Assembly: GCA_965116475.1 (NCBI GenBank)
Contig: OZ220691.1
Location: 1,920,001-1,984,000 of the forward strand
DNA: 64,000 nucleotides
Source: Gemmatimonadota bacterium
GTDB taxonomy: Bacteria; Gemmatimonadota; Gemmatimonadetes; Palauibacterales; Palauibacteraceae
Direction: 5' to 3'
In this document: one piece after another, positions 28,672 through 39,012 of the stretch
How the letters are laid out: each line of letters opens with the position of its first letter
Numbering within the stretch: position 1 is the first letter of the stretch
Position numbers and translations under genes: made by a program
The notes under the pieces: model-generated
What the model was told of the DNA's origin: nothing
What the model saw: the letters and a program-made list of their open reading frames with translations, nothing else
Database searches by the model: none

Positions 28672-29135
28672 CCCGGTCCGGATCACCGCCCCCGGCCCAC
28701 CGGCCGGACCTCGACGAAGCGGTCGAGACGTGGTCGCGCATGAACGATGCCTCGATCCTGCGCAGCGTCGCCGCCGTCATCCTGGGCTTCGTCGCCCTGA
28801 CGCTGGGCTCGGTGCTCACCGGCCGGCTGCTGCTGTCACTCTTCGGCGTCGAACCGGGGGCGGCTCCCGGCGCCGCGTTCATCTTCACGAGTCTCGGTGT
28901 GCGCCTCGCCATCACCGTCCTGGCGGGCTTCCTCGCGGCCCTGGCCGCTCCGCGCGCGCCGCGCCTCCATGCCGTCGTCCTCGCGGCGATCCTCGTCTTC
29001 TTCAGCCTCGCCTCGCTCGCCGGCCTCTCGGCCTCCGGCGACCCGTACGGCCCGGCATGGTATCCCATCGCGATGCTCGTCATGGGCCCCGCCGGCGTCC
29101 TCATCGGCGGGTCCCTCCGAAGGCGAAACCGCTAG
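28668..29135 (+). CDS. Hypothetical four-TM membrane protein
   Basis: Four hydrophobic segments; ATGA overlap with the upstream gene; start could be 28740. Confidence 0.65.
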   Translation: MTRSGSPPPAHRPDLDEAVETWSRMNDASILRSVAAVILGFVALTLGSVLTGRLLLSLFGVEPGAAPGAAFIFTSLGVRLAITVLAGFLAALAAPRAPRLHAVVLAAILVFFSLASLAGLSASGDPYGPAWYPIAMLVMGPAGVLIGGSLRRRNR

Positions 29136-29163
29136 CCGCGAGCTCGGGCCGCCGCTAGCGGAT

Positions 29164-32100
29164 TCACGGCCTCCCGCCGGTCCGGTCGGGCAGACCTCGG
29201 CTGATCAGAACCTCAAGGCCCGATTCGCCCGCCAGCGCGGACAGGGCGGTGTGAGGGTCACGGCGCGCGGACTCGGCCAAGGCTCGGATCGCGGCCATTT
29301 CACCCTTCGGGACGACGGCGCCGACCTCTGGATCCGAGAGGAAGGCCCGGATGCGTCCCGTTTCCCGGTCGCGAAGGATGGCCGCAGGGCGATCGGTCTT
29401 CTCGTCGAGAACCGCTGTTCCGCCCGGCCCCGAGAGCGTAATGCGCGCCAGCGCGTCTCCCCATGACGGTTGGACGGGGAGCGCAAACACAAACGACGCC
29501 ACGCCATCGCCGCCGGCGACTTCGTCCATGTCGAAGTCGAACCGGAACAACTCCCGGCCATCCGCCGTCTGCCCGGAGACCTCGTATCGACCTCCGGCCC
29601 GCGGCAGTGCCGGTGGCGCCTCGACGAAGAACGCCGGTTCGAGGAATGGCGTCCCACGCTCGTTGACTCCGCCCCACAGCAGCAGGGCGTCCGCTTGGGG
29701 CCAGAGGCCGACTGCCGGCTCACCGCCGGAACTGCGTCGAGCCTGAAACGCCTTGGTGAAGTGATACTCGCTGATCCACTTCGGTGGACCGCATTCGGAC
29801 ATCAAGTCAGGTGTGTCGGGCTCGATCAGCGAGCCGTTCCGGAAATCATATCCCCAGGCGCCGATCGACCCGTCGCCGTGGGGAAACGCGGGATCCACTA
29901 CGAACCTCGTCCCGCAGGGTGCGTGGTACAGCCCCATGTTGTGACCCAACTGGTTCGCGATCACCCACGGGTCCGCGATGGAAAAACTCGCAGGAAATCG
30001 GATGTAGGCGGCGCCCGTTCCGTCGGTACTCCCGGCCATGGTGCCCATGTAGTGGCCGCGCTGCCCCTCCATCGTCCAAATCACATTCGTGAGCACGGCC
30101 AGATCCCTTGCATTGTTCGTCAATACGACCGTCGGTTCGCGTACCGACACGTCGATCTCTCGGACGGGGAGCAGCGCGCGCACGGCCCAGAACAACTCGT
30201 CTTCTTCCGCAAACGTGCGCAGAATCGAGGAGTCGGGGGCCGCAAGGTAAAGGAACGGGATCACCGTGAGATCCAACCTCGGCATCCGTCCCACGTCCAC
30301 CGGAATGCGGCCCACCTCGGGGATGCGTCTCGCAAGGTTGATTCCGTCGTCGAGCGTCCGCTCGGGGTCGATCTCGATGACCATCTCGAGGCCGGGCTGG
30401 ATGACCCAGCCCGGAATCTCGACATTGGCCGAAAGCTCGAGCGAACCCTCCTCCGCTTCCATCGGGATGGGACTCGTTCCACCCAGAATCGTCGCCACGT
30501 GGGCCTCCACCCCGTCGACATGGAATCGGGCCCGCACCGGAGGGATGGTCTTGCCTCGTGCATTCGGGGCCGCCACAAAGACGCGCAGGAGCGCGGGCTC
30601 ATCGGCGACGAGAGGGACCGGGAACGCCAGCGACTGCACCGCCTGTGTCAGGTAGGCGTTCGATCCGGCGCACCGGGGCAGGCCCTCCGCCCCTGTTCCC
30701 GAAAGCCAATCCAGCAGATCCGCATCCGAGGGGGCGCAAAGCTCCGTGTGGCTCGCCCGGAGTCGCTTCAGACTGGCCAAGTCGACGAAGCTCGTCGGCA
30801 GCGCGCCCGAGAGCTGCCGATTGCCGGTCAGATCGAGGTGCTCGAGGTTCGCGAGCCTGCCCAACTCCTCCGGAACGGCACCGGACCAATCTCCGCTGCG
30901 CAGGATGAGTTCCCTGAGGCTGGCGAGGTTACCGAGTTCGGGCGGGATGGATTGGTCGAAGGGGTTTTCGCCGATGTTCAGCACTTCCAGGCTGGCGAGA
31001 CCCCCAAGCTCGGGCGGAATGCTGTCGAGACGGTTCCCCCGAAGGTTAAGTACCCGCAGTCGTGAGAGGCTACCCAGCTCTGAGGGGATCGGACCCGAAA
31101 GCTGCAGTACGATGCCCCGAAATGGCTCCGTGTCATGGCTGAGGTCCAGCACTCTGAGTCGGTCGAGGTCCCCGAGCCGGGCAGGAATCGAACCCCACAG
31201 ATCGTTGCCGCCAAGATCCAGTACTTCGAGGTCGGAGAGGTTTCCGAGCCGAGCCGGAATCTCCGCAATCAGCCCCATGTCGCTAACGTCGAGCACCCTC
31301 AACCTGGAGAGATCGGCGAGAGCATGAAGCTCCACGCCGTACCGCATCGGGTTGTCGCTGAAGTCCAGCACTTCGAGCTTCGACAACTGGCCCAGTTCGC
31401 GCCAGTAACGCCTGAGGCGGTTTCCGGAAAGTCGTAACTCGACGAGGTTTGAGAGGCTCCCCAGTTCCGGCGGGATCGCGCCGGAGAGGCGGTTGTTCCG
31501 AATCGAAAGATGTGTGAGTTCGCTCAGGTCGCCGAGTTCCGGCGGGAGCTCATCCACGAGGTGGTTGTCGTCGAGAGACAGACGGGAAAGATGGGAGAGC
31601 CCGCCGAGTTCGGAAGGAATCTCCCCGGCCAGATTATTGTGATCGAGCGTCAGCCCGACGATGCGGCCATCGTCGTCGACTTCGACTCCGTACCATTCCT
31701 CGGGCGGCGCATCCTCCAGCCAGTTATCGCTTCGGGTCCAGTTCTCGCCTCCGGTTGCGCGGTACAGGGCGGCGAGAACTCCGCGATAGGAAAGAGACGT
31801 ACACTCGGATCCTGTTCCATGATGCGAAGGAAGGGCCGAAATCCAGTCGCGAAACGACTCATCGGGAGGCGCACATAGATCCGTCCCGGCGTAGTGGAAC
31901 ACCCGGAGCGAAAGCCGGGTCATGGAGACGGTCAGCGCCCCCGAAAGCGCGTTCCGCCCTACACGAAGTGTCGACAAATGGCGGAGTCGCCACAGATCCG
32001 GCGGGAGGAGGCCCGTCAGGCCATTCCCGCTCAGGTCGAGCCCGGTGACCTGCCCGAGACTGTCGGCGGTCACGCCGTGCCATCCGTCGAGCGCCGCAAC

Positions 32101-32895
32101 GGCCTGCAGTCGCAGGGACCCCTCCGCTTGTATCGTCCACCACTCCACGTCCTCCCAACCCTCGGCGTGCGCCCACTGGTCCCCTTCGGCGGACTCGTAC
32201 AGTGACAGGAGAACGCGGGTATCCGCCGAGTTGCAGAACGGCCCGTTGTAATCGAGGGTGCCCGGGTTCACCTGATCCGCGGCGATGTCTTCGGCCCAGC
32301 CGATAAAGGCGGCCGTGCCGGGGGCGCAGAGACCATCGTTCTCCGAGAACCGGAAAGTGGCGGGATCCAGGTTCAGGAAGCTGCGCGGAATAGCCCCTCC
32401 AAGGTTGTTCCTGGAGAGCCGCAGGTGCGCCAGCCGGAGGAGCCTTCCGATTTCGGCCGGAATGGGGCCAGTCAGCCGATTGCCTCCGAGGTCCAGGTGC
32501 GTGAGGTCCCTCAGATGCCCGACGTCGGCCGGGATCGAGCCCGCCAGCTGGTTATGTCCCAGTGACAGCTGCTTAACCCGTCCTGCCTCGACCCACACGC
32601 CGTGCCAGTCGCCGAGCGGCGCGTCGGTGAGCCAGTTGTCGCGGTTTTTCCAGTTGGGGCCATCGGTCGCATGGTACAGGGCGACGAGCGCGGCCCGGTC
32701 GGAGTCCGAGTTCGCGGCCGAAACGGCGGCGGTCGCCGAGACCGCGCCCGATTCCGGCCGCTCCGTGCGGTCGGGCGCGACGGAGTCGTCCATACAGGAG
32801 AGAGCCAGCGCGCACGCCAGGCCAGCCTTGAGCAACGGGTGCCCGGTCCCGGTGGTCGACACTGCCGCGGGCCGCTCACGTCCCAGCGCTTTCAT
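29164..32895 (-). CDS. Large LRR lipoprotein with degenerate metzincin/M66-like C-terminal domain
   Basis: Many LxxLxLxxNxLxGxIPxELG repeats, ALxALYxATxG caps, lipobox ALSC, NQLGHNMGLYHAPCG. Confidence 0.85.
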   Translation of the reverse strand: MKALGRERPAAVSTTGTGHPLLKAGLACALALSCMDDSVAPDRTERPESGAVSATAAVSAANSDSDRAALVALYHATDGPNWKNRDNWLTDAPLGDWHGVWVEAGRVKQLSLGHNQLAGSIPADVGHLRDLTHLDLGGNRLTGPIPAEIGRLLRLAHLRLSRNNLGGAIPRSFLNLDPATFRFSENDGLCAPGTAAFIGWAEDIAADQVNPGTLDYNGPFCNSADTRVLLSLYESAEGDQWAHAEGWEDVEWWTIQAEGSLRLQAVAALDGWHGVTADSLGQVTGLDLSGNGLTGLLPPDLWRLRHLSTLRVGRNALSGALTVSMTRLSLRVFHYAGTDLCAPPDESFRDWISALPSHHGTGSECTSLSYRGVLAALYRATGGENWTRSDNWLEDAPPEEWYGVEVDDDGRIVGLTLDHNNLAGEIPSELGGLSHLSRLSLDDNHLVDELPPELGDLSELTHLSIRNNRLSGAIPPELGSLSNLVELRLSGNRLRRYWRELGQLSKLEVLDFSDNPMRYGVELHALADLSRLRVLDVSDMGLIAEIPARLGNLSDLEVLDLGGNDLWGSIPARLGDLDRLRVLDLSHDTEPFRGIVLQLSGPIPSELGSLSRLRVLNLRGNRLDSIPPELGGLASLEVLNIGENPFDQSIPPELGNLASLRELILRSGDWSGAVPEELGRLANLEHLDLTGNRQLSGALPTSFVDLASLKRLRASHTELCAPSDADLLDWLSGTGAEGLPRCAGSNAYLTQAVQSLAFPVPLVADEPALLRVFVAAPNARGKTIPPVRARFHVDGVEAHVATILGGTSPIPMEAEEGSLELSANVEIPGWVIQPGLEMVIEIDPERTLDDGINLARRIPEVGRIPVDVGRMPRLDLTVIPFLYLAAPDSSILRTFAEEDELFWAVRALLPVREIDVSVREPTVVLTNNARDLAVLTNVIWTMEGQRGHYMGTMAGSTDGTGAAYIRFPASFSIADPWVIANQLGHNMGLYHAPCGTRFVVDPAFPHGDGSIGAWGYDFRNGSLIEPDTPDLMSECGPPKWISEYHFTKAFQARRSSGGEPAVGLWPQADALLLWGGVNERGTPFLEPAFFVEAPPALPRAGGRYEVSGQTADGRELFRFDFDMDEVAGGDGVASFVFALPVQPSWGDALARITLSGPGGTAVLDEKTDRPAAILRDRETGRIRAFLSDPEVGAVVPKGEMAAIRALAESARRDPHTALSALAGESGLEVLISRGLPDRTGGRP

Positions 32896-35800
32896 CGCGT
32901 TCCGCCATCCCGGTCCGCCCCGTAAGGGAGGCCCCGGCTGAAGAGAAGCGTGAGGTCACTCCCGAGACCGCCGTCCGGGAGCGTCGTGACAGGCACGCCG
33001 TCGCGGATCGCAACGCCGGAATAGCCGGGAAGGACGGTCGTGCCCGGCTGGCCCCGCAGAATCGCGCGGATCGACCCCGTCGATGAATCGCGGAGGATTG
33101 CCGTCGGCCGATCGGTATTCTCGTCCAGGGTGACGGCCCCTCCCGGACCCGACAGAGTGAGTCGCGCCAGCAAGTTGGCCCACTCGGGCTCGAGCGGAAG
33201 CACGAAAGCAAATCCGGCCCCCCCATCCCGCGCGGTCGCCCGGGGCAGATCGAAGGCCAGCGAAAAGAGCGTCGTACCCGCGGTCGTGCTCCCGGTCAAC
33301 CTGTAGTCTCTTCCGGCCCGGGGCAGCCACGGTGGAGCGTCGACGACGAAAGCCGGTTCGAGGTGCGGCACCCCCGAATCCTCTACTCCACCCCAGAGGA
33401 GCAACCCGGGAGCAGCGCCGGGCATGGCCGTCACCCTGCCGCCGCCGTCCATTGCGGTAAGGTCAAGGGCGCGCGTGAAGTGGAATCCGCTGATCCACCG
33501 GGGCTCGCATTCGGACATCAGGTCGTATCTTTCCGGCGTGACGAGCGTCTGGTGACGACGGTCGTACCCCCAGTCTCCGATCGAACCGTCTCCGTTCGGG
33601 AACGCTCGACCGAACCAATCGGTTCGCCCGTCGCACGGGGCCTCGTTCAGCCCCATGCTGGAGCCCAATTGCTGTGCCATCACCCAGGGATCGAAGACCG
33701 CGAAGCTCGACCCCCGGGAGGCTGCCCCCGGCGGCCCCATGATCTCCCCGGCCATCGTTGCCATGTAGTGACCCACTCCACCCTCGATTCGGCGTATGGC
33801 CGCCGCCTCCCCCGCCAGCCTGAACGTGTGGTTGGAGAAAGTCGTCACCGGCGGGTGCACGACAGGTCTCAGTTCTCCGACCGGCAAGAGGGTCCGCAGA
33901 GGAAAAAAGATGTCATCGTCCGCGGCGAGGTTCGCGGTCAGGTGCAGGATGGACGAGTCCGGCGCCGCTCTGTACAGGAAGGGGATGACCGTGAGGTCGA
34001 GCGGGGGAACGGCCCTCACATCAATGCGCAGCCGACCGGCCTCGGGAAAGCGTGACGGAAGGTCCAATCCCCCTTGGAGGCTCCCGTCCGGATCGATCTG
34101 GAGCACCACTTCCAGGCCCGGCTGGATCACCCAGCCGGGAATATCGGCGTTGAGGGACAACCCCAGGGATCCCTCATCGATTTCAGCCGGAATGACGACC
34201 GTTCCCGCGGGCAAGTCCCGTGTCAAAACTTCGGTGTCCCCCCGGTAGAAGCGGGCGCGCACCGGGGGCATGGTCTGTCCTGCGACGTTCGGGGAAGCCA
34301 CGAAGACGCGAAGCAGCGCAGGCTCCCCCGCGACCAGCGGCACCGGCGCCGAGAGCGACTGCACCGACTGCGTCAAGTATGCGTTCACGCCCACGCACAA
34401 CGGGGTGGCCTCCGCGCCCCTGCCGGCGAGCCAGTCGAGGAAGTCCGGAGCCCTCGGGGCGCAGAGCCCGGTATCGTCCAGGGCAAGCTCCCCCAGTTCC
34501 GGAAGGGAGGCCAGACTCAAGGGCAGCGGTCCCGTAAGGTCCCGATTCGCGGCCAGATCCAGCCGCTCGAGGTTCGCGAGTTCTCCGAGTTCCGTGGGCA
34601 GGTTGCCCGACAGTTCGTTGTCGGCAAGCAGGAGTTCGCGCAGACTCGACAGGCTTCCCAGCTCGGCCGGAATCGAGTACCGCAGCCGGTTACCGCGCAG
34701 ATCCAGCACTTCGAGACTCGACAGACGGCCCAGTTCCACAGGTATCGCGTAGTTGAGACCGGGAGAGGGGTAGGCGGGGGGCTGTCGCATCCTGCTTAGA
34801 TCCAGCACTCTCAACGCGGCAAGCTGCCCGAGCTCGGGCGGGATCGGGCCCACGAGACGATTGCCGCTCAGGTCCAGGACTCTTGCGCGTCGCAGTTTCC
34901 CGAGTGCCCCCGGTATGGAACCGTATAAGTCGTTGTCGCTTAGATCGAGCACTTCCAGGTTTGGAAGGTCACCCAGTGTCTCCATGCTTACATTGTCGAG
35001 CCGGTTCTGTCCCAGCTTCAGGTCGATCAGGCTCTCGAGCCGGTGGAGTCCCCATATTCGGCCCACCAAACCGTTGTCCGTCAGGTCCAGCGCCTGCACG
35101 CGACCAAGGGAGTCGACGGTCACACCGTACCAGTCCGTTGGATCGGCCGCCGCGCCGACCTCCAACCACTCTTCGATTCCTTCAAGCCATCCCGTGGAAT
35201 TCGTCCAGTTCTCGCCACCCGCGAAGTAGTAGAGCGACTCCAACTCAAGCACGTCGGTCGCGTTGCAGAACGGCCCGGCGTAGGAGATCCGCTCCGGCGG
35301 CGCAGGCGAACGGTTACGGATCGCGCCCGCCCATTCGATGAAGTTCGTGGTGCCGGGCGCACAAAGGTTGTTGTTTCGCCCGAACCGGAATTCGAACAGC
35401 TCAAGCGAGAGAAAACTGCGGGGCACGCTGCCGGTCAGGCGGTTCGAGGACAGTTCCAGACGCATCAGTTCCCGCAGATTGCCGAGGCTGGCGGGAAGCG
35501 GTCCGGTCAGACGATTCCAGGAGAGATCCAGCTCCCTCAACGCGTCGAGCCCGTCGATCTCCTCGGGGATGGATTCTGTCAGGAGATTTCGGGAGAGGTT
35601 CAGCCTGGTCAGGCCGCCCAGGTTCCCCAACTCGGCCGGAATGGCGCCGGTGAGCCGGTTCCCGGACAGATTCACCGTGTGCAGCTTCTCCAGTCTGGAC
35701 AGTTCCTTCGGGAGCGGTCCCCCCAAGCTGTTGTCCGGGAGCAACAACACTTCGAGGTTCGCGAGGTCGCCGATCTCGGCCGGAACAGGGCCGTATAGAG

Positions 35801-36386
35801 CGTTCTTCCCCAGGCTCAGTTCGACGACCTGGCCGGCGTCGTCCACCCGGACGCCGCTCCAGTTCGCGACCGGGGCATCCGTCAACCAGTTGTCCCTCCC
35901 GATCCAGTTCGGCCCGTCCGTGGCCCCGTAGAACGCCTCGAGCGCCACCCGATCCGACTCCGCGCTCGTCACGAGCACTGCCGCGCTGCCCGAAGCCGAC
36001 CGGACCGAGGCGCTCACCGTCGCCGCCCCGTAGCCCACTGACGTGACCAGTCCTCCGGCGTCTACGGCCGCGACCGCCTCAGCCGTACTCGACCAGGTGG
36101 GAGTCACATCGCGCATGACCCGTCCGTTCTGATCACGGACAGTCGCCTCCAGACGCACGGTGGCGCCGAGCGCCGTAAACCGGATGGTGGGAGGGTCGAC
36201 CGAGACGGACGCAGGCTGGGGACGTGCGATCGGCTCGGCGGGACCATCCCCGCACGAGGCGACCGTCATGATCGCAACGCACGTTGCAGCGACCGCGCGG
36301 CCCGCCGCGCACCGCCCGGATCCGCGTGGGCGTCCGAACTGATCCGGGTTTCCCATGGCGATCTCCGAACCCCCTTTCGAGGCCAC
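32892..36386 (-). CDS. Ig-like + LRR lipoprotein with degenerate metzincin/M66-like C-terminal domain (start may be 36356)
   Basis: Lipobox VASC, WSSTAEAVAAVDAGGLVT Ig-like motif, LRR repeats, QQLGSSMGLNEAPC. Confidence 0.85.
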   Translation of the reverse strand: MASKGGSEIAMGNPDQFGRPRGSGRCAAGRAVAATCVAIMTVASCGDGPAEPIARPQPASVSVDPPTIRFTALGATVRLEATVRDQNGRVMRDVTPTWSSTAEAVAAVDAGGLVTSVGYGAATVSASVRSASGSAAVLVTSAESDRVALEAFYGATDGPNWIGRDNWLTDAPVANWSGVRVDDAGQVVELSLGKNALYGPVPAEIGDLANLEVLLLPDNSLGGPLPKELSRLEKLHTVNLSGNRLTGAIPAELGNLGGLTRLNLSRNLLTESIPEEIDGLDALRELDLSWNRLTGPLPASLGNLRELMRLELSSNRLTGSVPRSFLSLELFEFRFGRNNNLCAPGTTNFIEWAGAIRNRSPAPPERISYAGPFCNATDVLELESLYYFAGGENWTNSTGWLEGIEEWLEVGAAADPTDWYGVTVDSLGRVQALDLTDNGLVGRIWGLHRLESLIDLKLGQNRLDNVSMETLGDLPNLEVLDLSDNDLYGSIPGALGKLRRARVLDLSGNRLVGPIPPELGQLAALRVLDLSRMRQPPAYPSPGLNYAIPVELGRLSSLEVLDLRGNRLRYSIPAELGSLSSLRELLLADNELSGNLPTELGELANLERLDLAANRDLTGPLPLSLASLPELGELALDDTGLCAPRAPDFLDWLAGRGAEATPLCVGVNAYLTQSVQSLSAPVPLVAGEPALLRVFVASPNVAGQTMPPVRARFYRGDTEVLTRDLPAGTVVIPAEIDEGSLGLSLNADIPGWVIQPGLEVVLQIDPDGSLQGGLDLPSRFPEAGRLRIDVRAVPPLDLTVIPFLYRAAPDSSILHLTANLAADDDIFFPLRTLLPVGELRPVVHPPVTTFSNHTFRLAGEAAAIRRIEGGVGHYMATMAGEIMGPPGAASRGSSFAVFDPWVMAQQLGSSMGLNEAPCDGRTDWFGRAFPNGDGSIGDWGYDRRHQTLVTPERYDLMSECEPRWISGFHFTRALDLTAMDGGGRVTAMPGAAPGLLLWGGVEDSGVPHLEPAFVVDAPPWLPRAGRDYRLTGSTTAGTTLFSLAFDLPRATARDGGAGFAFVLPLEPEWANLLARLTLSGPGGAVTLDENTDRPTAILRDSSTGSIRAILRGQPGTTVLPGYSGVAIRDGVPVTTLPDGGLGSDLTLLFSRGLPYGADRDGGTR

Positions 36387-36518
36387 CGACCAGAATTAAA
36401 ACGAGCCGGTCACTCCGAAACTGACAGATGAATCTTGCCGCACCCATCGCCGTGGCGAACTATCCGCTGGGCCCACGGGTTCGGTCATGGGTCGCACCTC
36501 GGAGGGCGGGTTCGGAAA

Positions 36519-37643
36519 ATGAGACTTGAAACGCTGGCAGTGAAATCGGGCATGGACCCGGATGGGACGAGCCGGGCGATCGCGCCCCCGATCACCCTCT
36601 CGACCACGTTCGAGCGCGGGGAGGACGGGTCGTACCCCGGAGGGTTCGACTACTCCCGCAGCGGGAACCCGAACCGGGCCTTGCTGGAGGCGGCGCTGGC
36701 CGCGCTGGAAGGCGGGCCGGAAGCCGTCGCGTTCCCCTCGGGGATGGCCGCGACCTTCGCCGTCATCTTCTCGCTCGCGCCGGGGGATCACGTCGTCGCC
36801 GCGGACGACGCGTACTACGGGACCGGCGTTCTCCTGCGGGATTCTTTCGCCGAGCGCGGCATCGAGGCGAGCTTCGTCGACATGACGGACCTCGACGCCG
36901 TCCGGGCCGCCATGCGGCCGACCACCCGCCTCGTGTGGATGGAGACGCCGTCGAACCCGCTCATCCGCATCTCCGACATCGAGGCGCTCGCCTGCATCGC
37001 GCGGGAGGGCGCGGCGATCTCGTGCTGCGACAACACGTGGGCGACGCCGCTCCTGCAGCGGCCGCTGGATCTCGGCGTGGATCTCGTCATGCACTCCACG
37101 ACCAAGTACTTCGGCGGCCACAGCGACGTGACCGGCGGCGCGGTGATTGTCCGCGAGCCGGGCGAGACGCTCGAGGCGCTGCGGAAGATCCAGAAGGACG
37201 GCGGTCTCGTGCCCTCGCCCTTCGACGCCTGGCTCACGAGGCGCGGCCTCGAATCCCTCGCCGCGCGCATGGCCATGCACTGCGCCAACGCTCTGGAGCT
37301 CGCCCGCTTCCTCGACGCCCACCCGCGCGTCGAGCGCGTCCACTATCCGGGGCTGGAGGACGATCCCGGACACGCACTCGCCGCGCGTCAGATGTCCGGC
37401 TTCGGCGGCATGCTGTCCTTCGACGTCGTGGGCGGCCGGGACGAGGCGTTCGCCGTCGCGGCCAACGTGAGGGTCATCGCCCGGGCCACGAGTCTCGGGG
37501 GGACGCATTCCCTCATCGAGCACCGCGCCTCGGTGGAGGGCGCGACGACGCGCGCGCCCGAGAACCTGCTCCGCATGTCCGCCGGCCTCGAACACGTTGA
37601 CGACCTGAAGGAAGATCTGGACCGGGCCCTCGCCGCCGCCTGA
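36519..37643 (+). CDS. Cystathionine gamma-synthase/lyase family PLP enzyme
   Basis: YSRSGNP, ETPSNP, DNTWATP, HSTTKYFGGHSD, SLGGTHSL. Confidence 0.9.
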   Translation: MRLETLAVKSGMDPDGTSRAIAPPITLSTTFERGEDGSYPGGFDYSRSGNPNRALLEAALAALEGGPEAVAFPSGMAATFAVIFSLAPGDHVVAADDAYYGTGVLLRDSFAERGIEASFVDMTDLDAVRAAMRPTTRLVWMETPSNPLIRISDIEALACIAREGAAISCCDNTWATPLLQRPLDLGVDLVMHSTTKYFGGHSDVTGGAVIVREPGETLEALRKIQKDGGLVPSPFDAWLTRRGLESLAARMAMHCANALELARFLDAHPRVERVHYPGLEDDPGHALAARQMSGFGGMLSFDVVGGRDEAFAVAANVRVIARATSLGGTHSLIEHRASVEGATTRAPENLLRMSAGLEHVDDLKEDLDRALAAA

Positions 37644-37664
37644 GCTCCCCACAGCCGCCCAGGA

Positions 37665-37680
37665 CGTTCCCGCGGGAACG
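37665..37680. other. 16-bp palindrome CGTTCCCGCGGGAACG, copy 1 (extends to 20 bp, 37663-37682)
   Basis: Perfect palindrome; identical copy at 47749-47764. Confidence 0.8.
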
Positions 37681-37810
37681 TCTCAGCGAAGGGCGAGCCA
37701 GCAGTGGGAGTCGGTCGTGTCCGTGTAGTGCGGACCGTCCGGCATGGCGGGCGGCGCGTCGGGGCCGACGTGCCAGATCGAGGCCTGCGTTCCGTTCATC
37801 CGGTTGATCA
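37669..37810 (-). pseudogene. Duplicated, internally deleted 3' end of the sarcosine oxidase alpha/gamma gene
   Basis: 37688-37810 matches 39725-39847 at 116/123 nt; 37669-37687 matches 39442-39460 at 17/19 nt including the stop codon. Confidence 0.88.
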
Positions 37811-37827
37811 TCGTGGGGCGCGCCGGT

Positions 37828-39012
37828 TCAGTCGGAGCAGAGGTGGATGTCGCCGGGCGCTTCACCACGCTCCACGCGGTCGAGGGCCTCGTGCAGCGGC
37901 GGAAGCGTCCACTCGCCGATACGAGGGTAGGGATCTTCGAATCCGGCCCACAGAACCCTCTCGTCCGGGCCGATCCGCGCCACCGTGATGCGGTGGTCGA
38001 GTTCGTATTCCACCACGAACCGGCCGTCCCACGTGAAGACGTGCAGGAACTTGCCGAGGCCGTCGCGGTGCTCCCCGTCGAACACCGCGTACACGAGCCG
38101 GTCGGACACCACCACGTCCTTATAGGCATCCGTGCTCCTTGCGTGGTCGGGAAACAACCTGCCGTCGACGATCTCGAACACGGGCTCCGTGTGTCGCGGA
38201 CCGATCACCCGCAAGTACCGGTGCGCTTCCAGATCGACGAGGTCGACGTATGGCCTGGACCAGTAGACGACCGCCGCGCGGTGACCCGCCACGTCCATGT
38301 GACCTTCATTGTAGAGGCGAGAAAGCCTGGCGCTGCCGCCTGTGTCCTTCGGCAGGAAGGGGGGCAGCGTTGCCAGGCGGCTGCGGAGCCGACCGTCCGA
38401 ATCGAACGTGACCAGCGTGTGGTAGGCGAAGATGCCGCTGCCGATATAGCCATCGTCGAGCGGCGCGAGGCTGGAGATGCGTTCCGCCGCGTAGAACGGC
38501 GATTCGTCGAGGAACGTAACCGTTCCGGATGGCGCGTCGAAGCTGAACCGGCTAAACCTGCGGTTCACCTGATCGTAGATCTCCAGCGCGCCGGGACGTG
38601 CGGCGGACCAGTACATGCTGAGCGGCGTCTCGAACTCGAGGGGTCCGCGCCCCTTCTTGCCGAAGGCCTGTACGATCCGGCCGTCGCTTCGATCAACCAC
38701 CTTCATTCGGGGATCCGAGTAGGTGTCGGATGCCAAGAGATAGGCATCGCTCAGAGGGAAGAGACCCCACACGTATCCGAAGTCGTCCTCGCCTCCGATG
38801 CGTCGATCCAGCGTCAGGCGACAGTCGTTGAAGATCGGACTGCCGGAAGACACGGTGGGCGCCGCCTCCAACTGGACGATCAGAGGCAGGTACGCCTCTT
38901 CCGCGGGCTGCCTCTCGGGAGCCCCGCAACCGCCGAGAACGATCGGCAGGGCAGCGACTCCGAAGAAAGCGGCCCGGCTCCCACAGTGGGAGCCGGGCGC
39001 TCGGCGAAGCAT
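37828..39012 (-). CDS. Beta-propeller lipoprotein (TolB-like 6-bladed/BF3164-like)
   Basis: Lipobox LGGC, FGKKGRGPLEF motif, LHVFTWDGR C-terminal blade; ATG overlaps the peptide stop (TGATG). Confidence 0.75.
   Translation of the reverse strand: MLRRAPGSHCGSRAAFFGVAALPIVLGGCGAPERQPAEEAYLPLIVQLEAAPTVSSGSPIFNDCRLTLDRRIGGEDDFGYVWGLFPLSDAYLLASDTYSDPRMKVVDRSDGRIVQAFGKKGRGPLEFETPLSMYWSAARPGALEIYDQVNRRFSRFSFDAPSGTVTFLDESPFYAAERISSLAPLDDGYIGSGIFAYHTLVTFDSDGRLRSRLATLPPFLPKDTGGSARLSRLYNEGHMDVAGHRAAVVYWSRPYVDLVDLEAHRYLRVIGPRHTEPVFEIVDGRLFPDHARSTDAYKDVVVSDRLVYAVFDGEHRDGLGKFLHVFTWDGRFVVEYELDHRITVARIGPDERVLWAGFEDPYPRIGEWTLPPLHEALDRVERGEAPGDIHLCSD

Noticed and set aside
37683..38129. 148-aa minus-strand ORF ending in sarcosine-oxidase-like sequence
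   Set aside because: Chimera of an off-frame stretch of the propeller gene and the duplicated gene fragment
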